Of a stretch of 64,000 nt of DNA, positions 13,512 through 26,436 are shown piece by piece. Source of the DNA: Octopus sinensis. Taxonomy: Eukaryota. Made by a program: the position numbers and the translations under genes. The DNA lies in the NCBI RefSeq assembly GCF_006345805.1, contig NC_043013.1:29326001-29390000 (forward strand), read 5' to 3'. The notes beneath the pieces are model-generated. The model made no database searches. It was given only the letters and a program-made list of their open reading frames with translations, and was not told where the DNA came from. The stretch's first letter is position 1. The number at the start of each line of letters is the position of its first letter.

Positions 13512-14529
13512 GTCTGTCTTTCTTTCTTCAACTGAATACGCGTCGTTGATTGGTTAAAATTACCCAGCTACAACTTTAACAAAATACGAAATTTTGTCAA
13601 AACTTTTCGAAGTAAACCGTGTTCTGCGTGAGAAATTACACCAGTATACGAAATTTAAAACTGTTTAGTTAAAAAAAAAAAATAATTAAAAAATCTGTGA
13701 GCCGAACTGAACAGATTCAAGGACATTCATTTTTGCCATAAATTAATAAATAAAATGTTAATAGCTTTAAAAGTTTGCAAAGTTTGGTTAATTTTAGCCA
13801 TTGAAAAGTTACAGACACATTGGTGCCTATTTCCATAGTTACAAGCCAAACTATTGTGTAGTATGCTTACCCGTTGTGTCTTCCTGCTTTTAGCTGTCTG
13901 TTGCTGTCGCTGCGGGACCCTTTGTTCTATGGTTGACTCGTATCTCTTCGAGTTCATATGGCACAGGAGAGACGAAAATTGTAATTTGTTTGACGAACTC
14001 CTAAAGTACATCACAAACTTTCGTTTCTTTGTAATTTAACTTTCAGTTTCTTTTTCTTTGCTTTTTTTCTTGTAATTTTTCGCATTATATGCCTGTTCCA
14101 TCATCTCACATGACTTTGTTCATTAAAACTTATTAAAACTTATGTCGTTGAACATTTTGCCGCCATAACCTTGTCATCAGTCATCACTGAGAAAGTTTCC
14201 AAATCCTGCTTTCTGATTGGGTTAAAATGATCGAACTTTAAACCTCTGTAATATTTTTCTAAAATTATTCAGGAACCAGTGAATAACATCAGATTCGGTA
14301 TGAAAAAAATACAAGAATATACCAAAGTTGAGAATTTTCACTTAATTTTAAGATAAGATACTAATGTTTAAGATTAGATTCTAATGTTTAAAAATGAACT
14401 TCATTTGGTCACATTCCATGAGAATATCAGCCGTCCCTCATAATAATAAAAAAATATTATTATTATACCTGTGTTTGTTTTGATACTAGGATTAGTAAAA
14501 TCCACCTTGGTAAAAAATTTTGGATCTTG

Positions 14530-14740
14530 GTTTGCATCCACTAAACAAAAGTCTTTCCCAGGCCACTGCTGATACCCGTTTGATGCATATTTGATTCAGT
14601 TCAGCTCATCTGATCTCTAATAACATCTATCACATCGTTTATTTCCACGTTGGTCTCTCCCACCTCAACAGCTCTTCTCACATTGGTTCCAGATTATTGA
14701 AGAAGAGCGGAGAATAATACGGATAACAGGGCACACCGAA
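14530..14740 (-). mobile_element. RTE-like LINE 3' relic
   Basis: Minus frames resemble the RTE C-terminal R.VGRP..W...DV..D...L....NR..W; heavily decayed. Confidence 0.4.
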
Positions 14741-14887
14741 TACCATGCCATCATAACGAAGCCAGGATTTGCAACCTTGAACGCAACTATAAACGATATT
14801 AAAGGCATCTGAAATCTTTTCTAGTACTTTATATCGGGTTAATTTAATACTTTCATTTTTATCGTGCTTTTTGGACTAACAACTATG

Positions 14888-14942
<55 letters not shown>

Positions 14943-15046
14943 AGAGTAAGCCCATAAATACGAAATATGGTGAGAAAATTAGTACTCGAATACCGGAGGT
15001 AGAGTAATATGATTTATTATTAAAGCTGTAAAAATATCACAAAATT

Positions 15047-15084
15047 CTGCTACTCAGAGTTTCAGGTTCCCGTTCGTCGGACAG
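15047..15084 (-). ncRNA. Variant minimal type I hammerhead (CCGACGA core)
   Basis: CTGT-CCGACGA-ACG-GGAA-CCT-GAAA-CTCTGAG-T-A-GCAG; stems I and III pair, stem II has one mismatch. Confidence 0.55.
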
Positions 15085-15696
15085 TTTTGATTTTATATAT
15101 ATATACTTCAATATGCCATACAACTCAACATGGGCATCCCAAACTATAGAATAAATTACAACCAAAAATCCTACTATACATATTCACACACAACTCCCTA
15201 AACAATGAGTCCTTCGACACCATCCTCCAGAACATTCTTTTGCTAAAAAGGGACCATAGAATGAATAACCGTTACAAAATATATTTAATGACAGAATTAT
15301 TTTAGCATTTTCTACCTTGTCTTATTTTCCTATTACATATCAACTCGTGTGTTCCTTTTTAACCTTCTACATATCATACCCACACACGAGATACAGAATA
15401 TGCCGGCAAAAAAAAGTTCAAAAACAAAATCTAGAATTACTACCATAAATGAAGAAATACTGAAAGAACTGGAGAAAATCAACGCAAACGTGTTAAACTT
15501 TTTTTTAACAAATTCGACTCCACACGTGAACCGAATCGAAAGAACAATGAAGAAATCGATACGAAAAATACAACCTGCAAAATCGGTGAAAGACTTGGAA
15601 AGCTATGCGAAATAATTAAAACACTCTTTTCAACCAACACGAACCAAGGACGACCGAACGAGGAAACATACAAGATTAATAAACTAACAACATAAA

Positions 15697-16070
15697 GCGG
15701 CGAGCTAGCAGAAACGTTAGCACGCCGGGCGAAATGTGTAGCCGTATTTCGTTCTGAGTTCAAATTCCGCCGAGGTCGACTTTGCCTTTCATCCTTTCGG
15801 GGTCGATGAAATAAGTACCAGTTACGTACTGGGGTCGATATAATCGAGTTAATCTGTTTGTCTGTCCTTGTTTGTCCTCTCTGTGTTTAGCCCCTTGTGG
15901 GTAGTAAAAAAAATAGGTATTTCGTCTGTCGCTACGTTCTGAGTTCAAATTTCGCCGAGGTCGACCTTGCTTTTCATCCTTTTGGAGGGCGATAACTTAA
16001 GTACCTGTTGCGTATTGGGGTCGATCCGATCGACTGGTCCCCTCCCTAACATTTCAGGCCTTGTGCCTAG
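15697..16070 (+). mobile_element. SINE family A, head-to-tail dimer
   Basis: Full unit 15697-15920, then a 5'-truncated second unit joined at aaatag|gtatttcgtc. Confidence 0.9.
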
Positions 16071-16454
16071 AGCAGAAAAGAATACACTTACAGCATACCA
16101 AAGGAAAAACCACGTAGTACCACAATGGAACAAATCACTCAGAGGTAGAAAAGTAAATATTTAAAAATCTTTGAAAGACGTGAATGTAATATAAAAGGGC
16201 AAAAAATTTTATTATTAAAATATTTCAGTAAAAAATGTCAAATGAAGACCCTATTATATGTCCGAAGTCAAATTATTCATGCATCCGAAGTATAAAAGTA
16301 ATTGGTGAAGCCGTTTTCGCGTTAAAAGTGAATACGCACACATCTCTATTTTATATAATACACACACACACACACATACACACACACACACACAACCACG
16401 CACACACACGTATACGTATGTACACGTATCTATCGACATTCTTATATTCTTTTT

Positions 16455-16655
16455 TGTTTGCTTCAGTCATTTGACTGCGGCCATGATGTAGCACCGCCCT
16501 GAAGGGTTTTAGTCGAACAAATTAACGCCAGAACTTATTTTTGTAAAGTTTAGTACTTATTCTATCGGTCTCTTTTGCCGAACCTCTAGATTACGGGGCC
16601 ACCAGCACCGGTTGTCAAGCGGTGATGGTTAGGGGACAAATACTGACACACATAA

Positions 16656-16696
<41 letters not shown>

Positions 16697-16920
16697 CACA
16701 TACACACACACGCAACACACACACACACACACACATACACACACACACACGCACACACACATATATATGATGGGTTTCTTTCAGTTTCTATCTTCCAAAT
16801 CTACTCACAAGGCTTTGGTCAGTCCGAGTCTATAGTAGAAAACACTTACTCAAGATACCAGGCAGTGGAACAGAATCCCAAACCATTCAGTTGGGAAGAA
16901 AGCTTCTTACCACACACCCT
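16455..16920 (-). mobile_element. SINE family B with internal (CA)n
   Basis: Reverse complement of the 9212-9690 unit. Confidence 0.8.
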
Positions 16921-16929
16921 GAGCTTATA

Positions 16930-18097
16930 CAGGTTGTCCCCAAAATTAAGGCAACCAACTTTTTTTCAATTTTACCAAAGCAGAATATTGTTGTATTTCG
17001 AATCCGAGTGTTGCAATGCAATGATAAAGAAACTCAATTTTTACACTACCATATTTATTCTGTTTCGAATCACAACTTTAAGTCTAGGTGCGAATGTTTC
17101 ACTTCCGGTAACGCTGCTGTTCTTGTGGAATCGAAGCCCTTTTCTGGTGCAGTTTTGCCTTCAGAAAAATCCAACGGGGTGAGATCGGGCCTTCTTGAAG
17201 GCTGTACATTCATGACTATGAACTATAATATGTTTTTCTGAATCCAGTGTTGTGTCTGTTTGGAGTAGTGGGATGGTGCCGTGTCCTGTTGGAGTCCTCA
17301 AGGTGCGCCTTGAAAGTACTCATTCACCCATGGAAGCAGTTCAGCTTCTAGAACGTCGCTAATGTGTCGCTGGGTGTTTATTTTAATACCTCAGGGCACA
17401 GAAACAAGGTGAGACCCTTCAGTAGCTATCACAGCCGCTCAAACCATACCTGACTGTAGATTTTGACGTCGATTTACGAGTCTACCCTCACCGGAGCCAG
17501 ATACACTCCAAAGTCAGTCATTCTGGTGGTTTACTGCCTATTCAATGTCAAATTTCTTTTCATCAGTGAACACCAGTTTGGGTAACTTGCTCTCAGTCTC
17601 ATGGTCTTATACACTTGCGTGAGCTCATGACGTCGGATCATCTTGTAGGGGTGGATGCTGAGAGCCTCCTCCAGTACTCGATACATCAACGTTCGGCTTA
17701 ATTTTGCTGTGACAGACTGTTTTCTGACGGAACGACGAGAATTTCACCGTATCTCTTCTCTGGCACGTTTGATAAGCTCAGAGGTTTGAACACTTCTTTT
17801 TCCGCCACGTCCAGGTCGATCAGCGGTGGAACCAGTTTCTTGAAATTTCTTGACAATTTTCCAGGCTGTTCGGTTAATTTTAAGCTTTTTTGTTAGAGCT
17901 TTATTATTTTCATCTCCTTTGCTGAGAGTTATGATTGTATTTCGTTCGATAGCCATTATCTAATTTATGAATCTGAATTTATTTAGTCTGAAACAATTGT
18001 AAGCTTTTATAATGATGTATAATGTTCATATCATATCACATTTATTGATAGTTATTAAAATACGAAACTTCGGTTGCCTTAATTTCAGGATATCCTG
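16930..18097 (-). mobile_element. Tc1/mariner-superfamily (maT/DD37D-like) transposon, degenerate, both TIRs present
   Basis: TIRs CAGGTTGTCCCCAAAATTAAGGCAACC and (revcomp) CAGGATATCCTGAAATTAAGGCAACC; TA on left; N-terminal HTH ORF 17744-17956; decayed GIKIN..QQD.AP.H..PDLTPLDF motifs. Confidence 0.85.
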
Positions 18098-18111
18098 TGT
18101 TTATATATATA

Positions 18112-18606
18112 CTAGCAGTATCGCCCGGCGTTGCTCGGGTTTGTAAGGGAAATAACTATATAAGCATTTTTAGAGAGTTATAGCCAAAAAATAGCAAAAA
18201 AATGCATTAAAAATGGGAAAAAAATGATGGCAATTTTTTTTTAAATCGTTGACTCATCGTAGACATTTTTAGAGAGTTACTTCCCTTATATGATAGCGAA
18301 AAAAATGCATTAAAATGGAAAAAAATGATGGTAAATTTTTTTTTTAAATCGTGACTCATCGTAGACATTTTTAGAGAGTTACTCCCTTATATGATAGCGA
18401 AAAAAATGCATTAAAATGGAAAAAAATGATGGTAAATTTTTTTTTTAAATCGTAGACTCATCGTAGACGTGCGCTAATACCCAAACGGGCTCGATATGAA
18501 TCACGACTATAAGATACCCGGTTTTTGTTAAACTGCACCGAAAAATGTGGGAGTAGTTAGGAATCTAAATCGTAGGAGACAGACACACAACTTCACTTTT
18601 ATATAA

Positions 18607-18609
<3 letters not shown>
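18112..18609 (-). mobile_element. Non-autonomous Helitron with internal ~102-bp tandem repeat
   Basis: Minus strand starts A|TCTTTATATATAAAAG and ends with hairpin CCCGAGCAACGCCGGG then CTAG|T; gactcatcgtagac recurs at 18251, 18353 and 18455. Confidence 0.8.
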
Positions 18610-18658
<49 letters not shown>

Positions 18659-18800
18659 CCGAGTAGTTTCCGATTCTCAGCGCACCAAAGTAAAGGCATT
18701 TGAAAAATACACTTAAATAAAATGTAGAACTTTATACACACTGGATTTCGGTTGAGCGTTCTGTATCTAGTTCTGGAAATTGTGTTTTGTAAACGACAGT

Positions 18801-18875
18801 CTTTGCTGATGATCTTGCAGATGGTTGCGTGTCCATATACGCAAATATTAACAAGTGAAACCAATTGGTACATAG
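18801..18875 (+). ncRNA. Near-canonical type I hammerhead ribozyme
   Basis: CTTTG-CTGATGA-TCTTG...CAAGT-GAAA-CCAATTGG-T-A-CATAG; stem III is the perfect palindrome ACCAATTGGT; internal hairpin TTGCGT/ACGCAA; single mismatches in stems I and II. Confidence 0.65.
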
Positions 18876-19035
18876 GTAATCGTTTTTAATTTCATATATT
18901 TTCATGTGTCTTACTTATTTTTACACTTTAGTTTTTTGCTGAGATTTTTCTTGAGAACACATTCTTCGTGGTAAATGGCGATTTGATGTCCATGTTTAGC
19001 ATATAGGCTGTCCCATTTTAGTGGTCAGTCCTCTA

Positions 19036-19078
<43 letters not shown>

Positions 19079-19087
19079 TATATATAC

Positions 19088-19159
<72 letters not shown>

Positions 19160-19160
19160 A

Positions 19161-19195
<35 letters not shown>

Positions 19196-19235
19196 ACTAT
19201 ATATATATATAATCTATATATATATATATATATAT

Positions 19236-19279
<44 letters not shown>

Positions 19280-19280
<1 letters not shown>

Positions 19281-19951
19281 ATACCAGGACGGTTTACCTC
19301 AACCCCCCAACCACCGTTACCATCTCTATTACTTCCAGCAGCAACACCACCACCACCACCAGTTTTATCGCTGCTGCCGCCTCATCATCACTATGACTGC
19401 GAACCTCCCTTCAGTTTCACCTCATTCTTCATCTTCTTCACCATCATCTCTGTAAACATCAAGCACCACCACTACCACCACCAAGGCAACAACCAGCATC
19501 TCAATAATAATAATGATAATAATAATAATCGTCATTTTTTCCCCATTATGACGATCGACGTTGTCATTCTCACCAACAACATCCACAAGCAGCGTAATCA
19601 TCAGCCAAAAATTGTGCTAATTACTACCGGCGCAGCCTCCACCACCACCACCACCACCACTTCCACCACAACCCCACCGCAACCACCACCACAACCACCA
19701 CCACCATCACAACCAACGCCGCCGTCATCGTCGCTGCCGCATCCACCACCTCCATCGCAGCCACCTCCACCTCCAACACAACCACCACCACCACCACCAT
19801 TGACGCCGCCAGCGCCGCCCCCACTACCATCACCACCAACACCAACACCAACACCACTGACAGCAACGTCAACAACAACGCCACTACTACTACCACCACC
19901 ACCACGATCACCACCACCACCACCACCACCACCACCACCACCACCACCACC

Positions 19952-19985
<34 letters not shown>

Positions 19986-20002
19986 ACTACTACTACTACT
20001 AC
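19280..20002. repeat. Cryptic trinucleotide low-complexity tract (CAC/CCA/AAT/TAC)n
   Basis: Direct reading; explains ORFs 19237-20078. Confidence 0.85.
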
Positions 20003-20337
20003 TTATGCTTCTGAGTTTGCGTTGGTTGTTGTGAAGGGGGATGTGTTTTTGTGCGGCGAGATGCTAATGTCAGTGTGACATTAACCTGACACTGAGACAC
20101 ACAGGTCGTAAAATACACATGTCAACGTTCACAGACCGATACTCGCACGTACGCATACATGCACACACAGACACACGCACACAGACGCACAGACACACAT
20201 GTACAATAATATATAAGTACATATATATATATGTATATATGTATATATACATACATAACATATATATATACATATATATATATATGGTGTGTGTGTGTGT
20301 GTGTATATTTAAATACAACATATATATTGTACATATA

Positions 20338-20379
<42 letters not shown>

Positions 20380-20403
20380 TATGTACGCATGTATATATGT
20401 ATG

Positions 20404-20436
<33 letters not shown>

Positions 20437-20602
20437 TAATATTATATATATATGTATATATATATGTGGTGTGGTGTGTGTGTGGTGTCTGTGTGTGTGC
20501 GTGTACCCACACGATCACATACACTGACACAAACACTAGTACATACGCAAGCACATTGCAGATAGAGATGCATAGACACAGTTGTGTTTATACACGTACA
20601 CA

Positions 20603-20637
<35 letters not shown>

Positions 20638-21212
20638 ATATATATAGGCTTACACACACACACACACACACATATATATAAGCATGTCCCAGCTGACAGC
20701 CGCACACACATAGGCACAAACGCACACATGCACACACACAAACGTAGAGACGCACGCACACGAAAGCACTTATACGCATAAGCATACTAAGACTAAGACA
20801 TGTGTATGTGAACATATGTATATATATATATACAGAGAGAGAGAGAGAGAGGGGGAGGGACGGAAGAAGAGAGAGATTTGAGCGGTGTACTTTTCCTGAT
20901 TACTTCTCTTTATATATTGAAATGTATATGCTCAGTGTGTGTATGCGTGTATGTGTGTGAGTATATGCACATACATACATGCATATATATGTATGTATAT
21001 ACATGTATATATGTATATATATATATATGTATATTTATATATATATATATATCATATGTATGTAATATATATATATATCTATATATATCTATATATAATG
21101 TATGTATATATATGTATATATGTTGTTCAATTTACAGAAAAACAAAAGACGAAGACAGGTGTAGGAATAAGAAGCAGGTGCATTTGTTTAACACTGAGGA
21201 GAAATGAAAAAG

Positions 21213-21249
21213 TCTTTTACGTTTCAAGCCTACGCTCTCTGACAGAAAG
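21213..21249 (-). ncRNA. Decayed family D hammerhead-like motif
   Basis: CTTT-CTGTCAGA-GAGCGTAGGCTT-GAAA-CG-TA-AAAG. Confidence 0.35.
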
Positions 21250-21834
21250 GGGAAAAAAGAAGGAAAAAAAGGAGAGAATGAAAAAACGGATATATATGTA
21301 TGTATATATATATTTGTATATATATATATACATACACACACACACACATACACATATATATGTATATGTTGAGGCCCAAAGAAACTAGGAACTTCGAGAG
21401 GATGTGAAACACTGTTTTGAACGGTGAATCTCGAAGCAATTTAAGCTACAATTAATATTGACTTAAAACTGCTTTTGGATAGAAGGTCTGCCCGGTTCAC
21501 ACGGAACCACATCGTCTGTAAACATGATACGTTCTGCTATTGGACGAAATCAATCCTTTGAGTTTCTGCTTCCACTTTAGAAACTTTGTCCTTACTATCG
21601 CGAAATTCGTAAGATTGCTTTGGTCTAAGATTGTTTTGGTAAAATTGCTTTGGTAGAACAGACGTTATGTTTACAGATGATGTGGGTTCAAGTCCAAAGA
21701 GCATCCTTCGACTTTTTCTATGTAAAGGGATTTAAACGAATATTTTCACGTTATGCTTTATTACTTTATCCACTTCAAGTTTCACGTTTCCCCAAAAGTG
21801 TTACATGTATACATGCGTGTGTATGTGTGTCATT

Positions 21835-22050
21835 CTGTCACTTGTTTCAGTCATTAGAGTTCGGCCATGCTGGAGCACCGCCTTAAAGGATTTTAGTCGA
21901 ACAAATCGACCCCAAGATACACTTCTTAAGCCTAGTACTTATTCTCTCGGTTTCTTTTACCGAACCGCTAAATTACGAGAAAGTAAATACACCAATATTG
22001 GTTATCAAGCGATAGTAGGGGCTAAACATAGACACAAACAAACACATAGA
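21835..22050 (-). mobile_element. SINE family B tail
   Basis: Sequence match. Confidence 0.75.
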
Positions 22051-22072
22051 TATATACACATACACACACACG

Positions 22073-22137
<65 letters not shown>

Positions 22138-22579
22138 TATGTACTACATAAATATTTTTATAAACAAACCCGAAAGTCTTTGCAAGTTACGGAGAGAAAG
22201 CTACTATGGAAAGCTCATAGTATAATAACTGTATATAATATATATCATAATGATATTTATTCTCCGATTTCAAGCGACAATTTTTTTAGATATGAACAAA
22301 TGACTGAAAAATGATGAGCTAACCTCATACTGAGTCGAACTCACAAATCGACGCTTACATGGCTCCGTGCGAATCTGATTAGCCAAATGCTCGCATATCA
22401 ATTTCAGTCAAATTTAATTAATATATACTTAAACTGTTTTAATACTTTATAAATAATATTTTTATAAACAAACCCGAAAGGGTTCTTTATAGCAGATTCG
22501 AACGACAGTGACAAGTATATTTGCGTTCGAATCTGCCTGATCCATTGAGAATAGATATGCAGATCATCGCTTCCAAAGC

Positions 22580-22685
<106 letters not shown>

Positions 22686-22924
22686 GTCTGTCTATCTATC
22701 TATCTATCTGTCTGTCTGTCTGTCTGTCTGTCTGTATATGTATCTATCTATATATCTATCCATTTTCTGGTATTTTTATATTCCTGGGTTTGGACCTCTA
22801 CTTCAGTAAATTTATGGACGAAAGGTGTTGATAACTGATTTCGTTGATCTTTATATTTGTGTAAATGCATGTATAAACACCATAGTAGGTAGGTCCTTGA
22901 TTTGTTGAAATTATCTCCGCTTCC

Positions 22925-23210
22925 AGAGATGGTGGAACGATCATGTGGCGGCCATTTGGATCAACTCCTAACGAGGGGAGAAAAACTCAAGAATGAAGAC
23001 TTCTCCAAAGTTGATGTGCCATTAAGGAGAAGACAGTCTGATTATCAAGAGACAAAAAGACAGTTGTGGACAGGTGTTTCTGTCTCAATAGATTTCATCA
23101 ACGCTGCAGTTGCCTTGCCCTTATCTCCAGTACAGACAGAGCGTTTAGAAATATGCAGGTAATTATTGCCCAGGTAATTCGCATAAACAGAACGAAAATG
23201 AGTGAAGAAA
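22925..23210 (+). mobile_element. Tc1-like transposase relic
   Basis: With frameshifts: GGTIM(V)WAAIW..RQSDYQ..NAAV..; resembles the Tc1 catalytic region. Confidence 0.35.
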
Positions 23211-23334
23211 AATAATTCGGAGAGGGCAGTAGCAAGTATTTGTACAATACACACACACACACACACGCACACACACACGCGCACACACGCACACACATAC
23301 ACACACACACATACACACACATACGCACGCACAC

Positions 23335-23480
23335 ATTTACGAAGAGCTTCTACTACACAGTTTCCGTCTGTCAACTTCACTCATAAGGCAATAGTCGATC
23401 CGGGGTTATATTTAAACACACTTGCTCAAGGTGTTGTGCACCGGGATTGAACCCAAAACTACGTAGTTGCAAAATGATTT
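23335..23480 (-). mobile_element. SINE family B head, decayed
   Basis: Sequence match. Confidence 0.6.
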
Positions 23481-23669
23481 TCCTTAACATTCCACATTTT
23501 CTTTATACATATTATTAGAAGCCCATTCTTTCACTTCGTTTGTCTCACATAATTCACACACATGTTCACAAACCCACACATCTATTAATGAAAGACACTT
23601 CTGTGTTGATAATGAAGTTTTTCCTTAAGAATTTTTTATATTTTCCTATTAGTCCTGTATATAATTTGA

Positions 23670-24000
23670 CGCGTGTGTGTGCGTGTGTGTGTGACAGATT
23701 CTTATCTATTGATTAATAGAGGGTGTTTAAATATTTAGTTATGGTTTAAATTTGTTAAAGAATTTGGTGTGTGTGTGTGTGTTGTTTTGTCTGTGACAAA
23801 AACAACACATCCACACACACGCATACACCAGTGATAATATGCACATACACGTACACACACACAGACAAACAACACATATACTACAAAGAACAATCACATG
23901 CACACTCACCAAATTCTTTAAGAAATTTAAACCATAACTAAATATCTAAACACCCACTATTAATCAATAGATAAGGATCTGTCAAACACACACACACGCG
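23670..24000. repeat. Inverted repeat (23670-23770 vs 23907-24000)
   Basis: Arms ~95-100 bp, reverse complementary. Confidence 0.85.
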
Positions 24001-24614
24001 CACAAAATATTCCCCCCAATCGAAAAACATACATATATACAAAACATATTTCCAAAAACCAAAAACAACACACACACATAGACACACACGGACAAAACAA
24101 CACACACACACATACACACACGAAGTAAATTAATTCCTTCTAAATCCTTTGAATGACCATTCTTAACCATTAATCATATTTTCTCAATAGAAAAAGAAAA
24201 AAAGAAAAATGTTTTCACAAATACATTCCGAAAATACTCATACATACACACAAACTCACACACAACCACACAACTGGCCATTTCCTGAATAGAAACCACC
24301 TATTCAATTCAAAACATTTCTTTTCATTAGAATTCCTGAAACTTGAACCCTTGAACCCCAGCCCAAACGTCCATAGACAAAACTTATAGAAGGAGTGACT
24401 ATGAAGAAAAATTACACTATGCGCTAAGACATGGGTACAAACTGTTAACCCCACAAAAACTATTTTATAAGTTGGACACATCAAAACCGGTTATATTTTA
24501 GATCTATCACTGTTACAAAAATATCAAAAATCCTCTAAATAGATATTTTTGCACTTTTTCCAACTTTATTTTTAACTATAATTTTTAATTTAAATGGACT
24601 CTTAACCCCTTTTC

Positions 24615-24687
<73 letters not shown>

Positions 24688-24688
<1 letters not shown>

Positions 24689-24854
24689 TTTATTTAAAGC
24701 AGCAGAAAATTCAACAAAACCTGTTACTCTGATTTTCGCGTTGCCGTTAATCGGACAGTTTTTTTTTTTTTTGCTAGCAAAAACTGTCCGATGAACGGCA
24801 ACGCGAAACTCAAAGTAATAGGTTTTGTTGAATTTTCTGCTGCTTTAAATAAAG
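24688..24854. repeat. Fold-back palindrome carrying a variant hammerhead on each arm (24721-24758 minus; 24784-24821 plus)
   Basis: Arms reverse complementary around T14-GCTAGC-A5; plus arm CTGT-CCGATGA-ACG-GCAA-CGC-GAAA-CTCAAAG-T-A-ATAG. Confidence 0.85.
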
Positions 24855-24946
24855 CATATTACTCTTCCACTGGTATTTGAGTACTCTTTTTTCCACCTTG
24901 TTTCACATTTATGTGTTTACTCCGGTATTTATATATATATATATAT

Positions 24947-24978
<32 letters not shown>

Positions 24979-25099
24979 ATATATGTATGGATATTAGCCA
25001 ATTCAGTAATCGTTCTAGGGCAATCACCAAGAACTTCGTTAAGAATATTTCATTTAGATTGTCTAAGTTATCTGTTAATGTTGACATTTTCAACGACAA

Positions 25100-26000
25100 G
25101 GCTAAATTTTATAACTCTGTCTTAAACAGGCTATACAGATAAAGTTACCTACATTAATTCCATTCAATCTTATTCTACCTTTAGTAATGGACATGATATC
25201 TAAACGATATCAAATTTAATTTGTACGCCAACACCAAACAGTGGAAGGTGTTTTTACAACGTAAGGTAGATAACCGTTATTTAACCTCCTTTTTTTCATT
25301 CTGAAGGTAAATCGATGTCTTTTAAAGATAGTTACACTAAAAATAAGGCAACTAATAACAAAACTATTTGGTTGATTATTCCTTATGGGAGATAAATTAA
25401 ATCTATTCTTCCTTTCCAGCTTCGGGAAACTATTATTAGGAATTTTCCAAAGAATTCTAGGTATTACTCTATTATCAACTCGCACGCGATTAGAATTGGT
25501 TTTCTAACACAAAAAATCTCTCACAAATTATCTCCTCACATAATATTAGTCTGTTATATAAGAATCCAATTACTAATACTAACATTAATTTAGCTAATAC
25601 CAACCATCCCCTAGAAATATTAATAACAAGGTTTTTGTCTCTGAAGTCAATTCCAACAGAATTAAGTTTGCCTAGTAATTCTAAGATTAAAATCTCTATA
25701 TACCAGTGTAAAATTACTTCAGGTACCGATGTCTTTTTTTATATTGGTAGTTCTTCTTCTCAGTTATCTAAAATAATTTCTAATCATTACACTACATCTA
25801 GGGATAGTAATAAACGCAACAGTACAGGGCTTAGTAAATTAATTTGGTAACTAAAAGACCATAATAAACAATTTGATTTAGATTCGTTGATTCTCTCTAT
25901 TTCATTCCCATATGATAAAGGCAAAGAATTCTGCCAACTCCGTAATACTGAATTAATTTCTATTCTTTTTTCTAAGAATCCTCTTGTAAACACGGTTATA
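25100..26000 (+). mobile_element. Penelope-like element 3' relic: RT thumb through GIY-YIG endonuclease
   Basis: LRETIIRNFPKNSRYYSIINSHAIRIGF..NLSQIISSHN; IYQCKITSGTDVFFYIGSSSSQL..NHYT..NSTGLSKLIW*LKD..FCQL. Confidence 0.85.
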
Positions 26001-26345
26001 TAGTGTGCTTATCGATGTAAACATTGGCAGAAACATACCTTTATTTCATATAAGTGATATTTACCATTATATATAATTTGAACATTGATTTTCTTCTTAC
26101 GTTTCACTTCCACTAGATATATCTTTTTCCAAGCATTTAAGCTTTTATTTAACTCACAAATCGCTCTATATTTCTCATTTATTAGTTTTCTCCTTATTTC
26201 TTTCCTTTACCCCTCCTCTTTCTATAGGCTATCTTTGACGTTATATCCTCAAACTGCTTAAAAAAACTTAATGGCGTTCCGTTCATCATTATACACGCCC
26301 ATCCCATTCTGTTAAAATGTCTTATTGATAAGTTTGGTTTATTTA

Positions 26346-26436
26346 TTTCTTTCCCTGATGAGAAGATTACGTTGTTTTACACCATTTTATTCCTTTGGAA
26401 TAATACCAATGTTGTCTTCGAAACATGTGTCAGAAA
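26346..26436 (+). ncRNA. Hammerhead relic downstream of the PLE GIY-YIG
   Basis: CTGATGA-GAAGA..ACGTTG...CAATGT..TCTTC-GAAA-CATG-T; palindromic stem III ACATGT; position 17 is G and stem I is decayed. Confidence 0.55.

Noticed and set aside
15697-15790. tRNA gene
   Set aside because: The tRNA-like boxes are SINE heads repeated more than 10 times; no cloverleaf supported
19237-20078. 279-aa proline/threonine-rich ORF
   Set aside because: Starts in (TG)n and consists of triplet repeats that are open in several frames; no domain or splice evidence
21565-21615. Possible 28-nt micro-exon (ttccactttag ... TTC|gtaaga)
   Set aside because: Splice-like signals alone are not enough in this much intronic-type sequence; no partner exons identified
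22902-23162. Apparent exon with ag/gt boundaries, 86-aa ORF
   Set aside because: Better explained as a frameshifted Tc1 transposase relic; no recognisable host protein
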